DNA of 63,882 nt, counting the filler, from Cercozoa sp. M6MM (Eukaryota > Protista > Endomyxa: Ascetosporea), in NCBI GenBank assembly GCA_040357565.1. It is 11 parts of 11 records of this genome, joined end to end, with 100 filler letters (N's around TTAATTAATTAA, not from the genome) between each part and the next. Parts side by side here need not be neighbours in the genome. Positions count along the whole stretch, not along the records: positions 61,133 to 63,882 come from JBDODJ010001706.1; 10 more parts are not named here. One strand, 5' to 3'. Shown here one piece after another: positions 61,167-63,882 of this stretch. Position numbers and translations under genes: made by a program. Under the pieces are notes generated by a model that saw only the letters and a list, made by a program, of their open reading frames with translations, was not told the DNA's origin and did no database searches. Within the stretch, counting starts at the first letter, position 1. Each line of letters starts with the position of its first letter.

Positions 61167-62355
61167 TGTGTGTGTGTGCGTGTGCGTGTGTGCGTGTGTG
61201 AGTGTGTGTGTGTGTGTGTGGCCCACGATCATCTACAGTTCAATTGTTTTTTGAGTCCTTCGACCAAGAAGCTGCTTGACTCGCAACTGCGACAGGTGCG
61301 CCTGTCGTGCTTGCCCCCACAGCGTGTTTAGCGGCCCAGTGGAGTCATTGAACAGTGCAGCGGCGTCAATGCACAGGACTATGACGGCCATCAGGGTGCG
61401 TTAGCCGAAGTAGCGCAGTTCCCGTCCGTGCACTGACATTTTCACTATTTTTAATTTTAGTCACCACATGGGACGAGACAGCAACTGTAGAAGGTCAGCC
61501 AGCCTCCCAGCAGGCACCACACCGAGAGCCCGACATAGACTGGGCCACCAGCCACAACCGCTATGTGCGATAATAAAACTCCAGCGTGCGGCACAGTGGA
61601 TCTGCTTTAAAATCTTAGAAAAATGGTTAGGGGCAACCTAGCCCCGTCAATGTAAGTGCTAAGTTCCCAAGTAAGTACAACGCCAACCGAAAGAGAACGC
61701 GTTCAGCTTGCACTGGCATTCTAAATTTAAATTTACAACTTAGTCGAATGCAAACGCGCTCTTTTGCCAAGATTTCTTGTCTTGGTGGCGGAAGCTCAGT
61801 TGCCGTCGCGCTTTGTGCATGGATCGAGGGACACCGCTGGCTACTGGGCCGGACTCTGAATTTTCTGTTAGGTTCACAGTCGCAGTCAGTTGCAATTGGT
61901 TTTGGTTTCGTTTCTTCAATTTCTTTTCGGCCCGCTAAATTTAGAAAGAACGGAAATATACAAGCTGCTTACTAGCAGGCGTTTCTCTGAGTGACAACCG
62001 ACTGCTGCAAACTCGCGACAAAAACGCCAAACTGCGCGCGGAAACGCCAAACTGCGCACAGAAACGCCAAACTGCGCGTGAAACGGCAAGAAACGACATG
62101 TGCTGTGCGCAACTCGGGCAGAGTCACCTCACTTTTGTTTTGTTCGTTAGTACAGAGTTTAGACGTCAGTTTCCCTCGGGACACACCTCCTTGAACGGAC
62201 CTATTAAGAGAAAGGTACAGTGTACTTCAGTTGACTGACGCGATGAGTTGGTTGTAAGAGGTTCAGTTGCGTTTACCCCGGGTGGTATGTGTTTTTTTTT
62301 TTTTTGCAGAACACCACACAACTGAAGCAGCTCAAAGCAACTGAAGCATCACATC

Positions 62356-63829
62356 ATGAAGTTCACCGCTGCTGTTCTTGTCGCCGCCTCGAGTACCAAC
62401 GCTGCTGCCTCGGCTTACTACGAGCCTCCGACGGCCAATAGCTACCGCTATGTGTGCACTGCGACGCACCCCCGGCCGACTTTGCCAAGTGCGCCGACCT
62501 GAGTCACATGGCCTCGCATCTCGACCTGAGCGAAGGCACCTCGCTGCACGACCTCTCGTGCGCCACGCCGGCCAAGGTCGAGTGTCTCGACATCGTGACC
62601 AATCATGGTAAAGTTACAAGGGTTAAACAGGTACAGTACGGGGGGAGTATGTAAACTTTGTATGGAATAAATGAAAAAAAACAGTGGTCGATGAGAGTAA
62701 GTGCGGCACCAAGTGCCACGACATCGCCTTTGCCTGCCCTTCGTCGCTGTGCAAGGTCCCCTACAAGCCGACGCCGACCTCGGGTCCCTACAAGCCGGCG
62801 CCTACCACCGGTCCCTACGAGCCGATGCCCTCGGATCACCATGGCGTACAAGTTTTTCATTTACATCAACATTTTATCTTGTTAAATTTGCTATCTTGAT
62901 TTGATGGTGCTACACTAAAGGCCCCGTACGCTACGATGACACTCGAGGAGGCGACGTTGCAACTCAAGACGCTTAGCAAGAAGGTGGCCGATCTCGAGCA
63001 TGTCGACAGCGCTCCCTCGGCTGGTGTGGGCTGTGCCTCGCAGTGCCAGTCGGCCATGGCGGCCAAGGTGCCGCACTTGTGTCCCAAGGTGCCGCACTTT
63101 AGAATTCTAAAGTTGCACACTGCAGATTCTCAGCTGCACTGTATCATATCAGACACTGTATGATTGTGAGTGCAGTGGTGCACGGGCATCTCGAGCAAGC
63201 CCTCGCTCGCTCTGTCGGTGCTCGATGACAACGACAACCTCGCGGCAGACACGACCACCTGCTTGTTCAGCGGCATCTTCCAGGCCATCGGAGACGATGC
63301 AGCTCTGGGCTTGGAGCACAGCGTTCTGCTCGGCTTCCGCATGCCAATCGTGAAGAAGGCCGGCAAGGTGCGTGCCTCGCTGCGGATCGGTGTCGAAGGT
63401 GTTGTCGAAGATGACGACATCGCCAAGTTCTGGATGGCTAACGTGGACGATGACTCGCTGCCCAAACTTATCAGAGACACTGCTGCAGGCACGCCGCTGG
63501 CTCCCGTTCCCAAAAACTGCGCCGCCGACGGATACATTGTGGGCAAGCTGCTCAACAAAGGTCTGGTTGGCGAAGACAAGACTCTGGTCAAGTCGCATGT
63601 CGAGGGTGCTCTGCTCGACATTGACATGTCGGCCGACGTGCAGAAACTCGTCAACGGTCAGCACTGGCAGTTCAATAACATGGTGATGATTTTGCTCACT
63701 TTCATGGACGCTGCCGGAGACTTGGCGCGAACGCCACCCGGAGACGGTCCCTTCCCGGTGGCAATTCCGTCTGAAATGCTCATCAAGTTCACGCGTCCTC
63801 ACGTGGCCAACAAGAAGTGGAGCTACGGG
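62356..63829 (+). CDS. Secreted modular protein (Cys-rich region, Pro/Thr linker, beta-rich domain) with apparent 2-nt frameshift near 62452; truncated
   Basis: MKFTAAVLVAA signal; the frame switches at TATGTGTGCAC; GPYKP repeats; long open exon 63176-63829. Confidence 0.65.
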
Positions 63830-63833
63830 TACC

Positions 63834-63882
<49 letters not shown>

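Overview
Genomic DNA of a compact, very intron-dense microbial eukaryote, with short GT-AG introns (mostly ~45-120 nt), GC-rich exons and many head-to-head gene pairs. The window is not one locus: it is 11 contigs joined by artificial 100-nt N-TTAATTAATTAA-N spacers, so adjacency across spacers is meaningless. The supplied ORF track is mostly exon fragments or noise, and I spliced the gene models by eye, so exon boundaries are predictions. Recognisable genes: tandem-CH actin-binding protein, NPL4, TACO1/YebC, MYCBP, LEO1, a GNAT, a POT/PTR transporter, ERO1, RRP5, a delta-COP-like protein, a RING protein, a KIX/Med15-like protein, FIG4, mitochondrial uL24, an RGS-domain protein and a Wee1-like kinase. 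The most unusual elements: (1) a micro-exon gene whose 15 internal exons are all phase 1-1 and all multiples of 6 nt, preserving an (X-Thr)n register; (2) a bacterial-type phage tail-collar gene with six spliceosomal introns, head-to-head with a predicted GPI-anchored coiled-coil fibre gene; (3) a TGS1-type cap methyltransferase apparently fused to a catalytically dead mRNA-capping guanylyltransferase fold; (4) inverted intronic minisatellites bracketing an in-frame exon; (5) strand-biased C-rich intron repeats; (6) a membrane-anchored KKxx ERO1; (7) two solo-LTR-like insertions just behind stop codons. All family assignments come from motif recognition, not database searches.
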